Shown one piece after another: positions 62,825 through 64,000 of a stretch of DNA of 64,000 nucleotides (position 1 is its first letter; the number at the start of each line of letters is the position of its first letter). A program made the position numbers and the translations under genes. The notes beneath the pieces were generated by a model. It saw only the letters and a program-made list of their open reading frames with translations. It searched no databases and had not been told where the DNA came from. Origin of the DNA: Tubiluchus corallicola (taxonomy: Eukaryota; Animalia; Priapulida); the NCBI GenBank assembly GCA_030141605.1, contig JAQGDQ010000008.1:248001-312000 (forward strand). Direction: 5' to 3'.

Positions 62825-64000
62825 CTAATTTTGCCCTTGGGCATCCTTTTGAATGCTGGCCAACTCTACTGAGCTTTCGATGGGTCTTTTATCTTCAGCA
62901 TTGAGCAGTACTGTTTCGAAATGCACTATCTGTTTACCAAGTCGATCAACTGCGTAGTTAACGTGTTCATCTCTGGCTCGCGTCTCTGCTAGTACTTCAG
63001 TAACAGCTTCAATAAGTTTGGCATCTTTATCCGCATAAAATTCGTTCATGATTTCAGCACTTCTTATCTTCTCGCTAAAAATCTCTTTGCAGAAAGAAAT
63101 ACACTCAAGCAACTGTTGTTTGTTGGCTTCGCCATCTGTCCTGTCTTTGACGATATCTTCGCATTGTGACTTTAGCTTTAAGATGGCATTATATAAGCTG
63201 CAATTTGTTTCTCTGATGCATCGAAGTTTAGTGGCATGCGTGCGAATGTTCAACTCTATTGTTCTGCTTTCTGCTGCCTGCCGTTGCAACATTTCCAGAA
63301 ATTCTTTACTTTCATTCTCCGACGATACTCTACACTGCGCTCTGGGGTGTTGCAGTTTTTTAATTATTGTCCTTCCTTCATCAATTTCTTCATTAATGCA
63401 CATTCTTTGCACCATCAATGTATCCACTTCTTTTTGCTTGGCATTATACGCCTCCCCAGTCTCCTCCTTAACTCCTAGCAGCTCCTGTAGCTGCTCCGTT
63501 TCGTTTGCCATCTCAAAAATCTGAGATTTCTGAAACTCTGCGTGCTGATCCACAGTTTCTTCAATGATTGCAGCCTCATGTTCTAGATTCTCGTTCAGAA
63601 TGCTTAATTGTTTCACTTTCTCTTGGACATCAGTAGTTAGCTCAGTCACCATTTCAGACACAGTATTTAGTTTTTTCCATGCTTTTCCGATTTCACTGTC
63701 AAGAAGCTCTGCATAATTTAAAGCACAATCTCTCTTTGCTTCTAACTGAGGCATCACTTTAGCATGGTCAACAGACACTTCTTCGATATTGCTCTGCAAT
63801 GCATCTCTTTTTGTTTCTAGAGCTTCTCTTCTCTTTTGTTCGATACTAAGATCGTAACTGCACTTACAAATCATGTCTTCCAACAGCCTATTTTGCATTT
63901 CGTGCGCTTCTGCATCACGTTCAATGGTATCTTCCAAATCAATAATTTGGGTAGCCAACTCGCCGCACTCGTCTGCCTTTTTCTCGATGTCACTTTGAAG
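62825..64000 (-). CDS. 3' part of a long coiled-coil protein (open to the window edge)
   Basis: Frame open from 64000 to the stop at 62825 (the listed start at 63958 is TTG, not ATG); E/K/L/Q-rich, nearly Pro-free heptad-like sequence. Confidence 0.85.
   Translation of the reverse strand, partial: LQSDIEKKADECGELATQIIDLEDTIERDAEAHEMQNRLLEDMICKCSYDLSIEQKRREALETKRDALQSNIEEVSVDHAKVMPQLEAKRDCALNYAELLDSEIGKAWKKLNTVSEMVTELTTDVQEKVKQLSILNENLEHEAAIIEETVDQHAEFQKSQIFEMANETEQLQELLGVKEETGEAYNAKQKEVDTLMVQRMCINEEIDEGRTIIKKLQHPRAQCRVSSENESKEFLEMLQRQAAESRTIELNIRTHATKLRCIRETNCSLYNAILKLKSQCEDIVKDRTDGEANKQQLLECISFCKEIFSEKIRSAEIMNEFYADKDAKLIEAVTEVLAETRARDEHVNYAVDRLGKQIVHFETVLLNAEDKRPIESSVELASIQKDAQGQN

Noticed and set aside
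63048-63524. 158-aa plus-strand ORF
   Set aside because: Antisense shadow of the coiled-coil CDS; likewise the shadow ORFs opposite FBXL7, GRL, MS4A and ABHD14.

Overview
AT-rich eukaryotic (invertebrate metazoan) genomic DNA with spliceosomal GT-AG genes; most entries in the ORF track are spurious. Reading splice sites by hand gives six protein-coding loci. (1) An FBXL7 orthologue on + that probably spans ~33 kb (417-33263) through several tiny phase-1 exons missed by the ORF track. (2) A gustatory-receptor-like (GRL/7TMIC) gene on - (34325-41439) with three C-terminal phase-0 introns and a TM7 SYxxxxxQF motif; its first intron holds nested transposons. (3) An intronless MS4A/CD20-like 4-TM gene on - (46006-46956). 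(4) A 9-exon POGLUT2/3 (KDELC)-like gene on - ending in KDEL. (5) A 4-exon ABHD14-like hydrolase on -. (6) The 3' end of a long coiled-coil ORF running off the right edge. Repeats include a degenerate non-LTR retroelement split by an internally deleted pogo-like transposon, a 5'-truncated LINE inside a (TC)n tract, a hAT MITE, a long foldback element with a second copy, two near-perfect hairpins, and mini/microsatellites. All family assignments are from recalled sequence motifs, not database searches.
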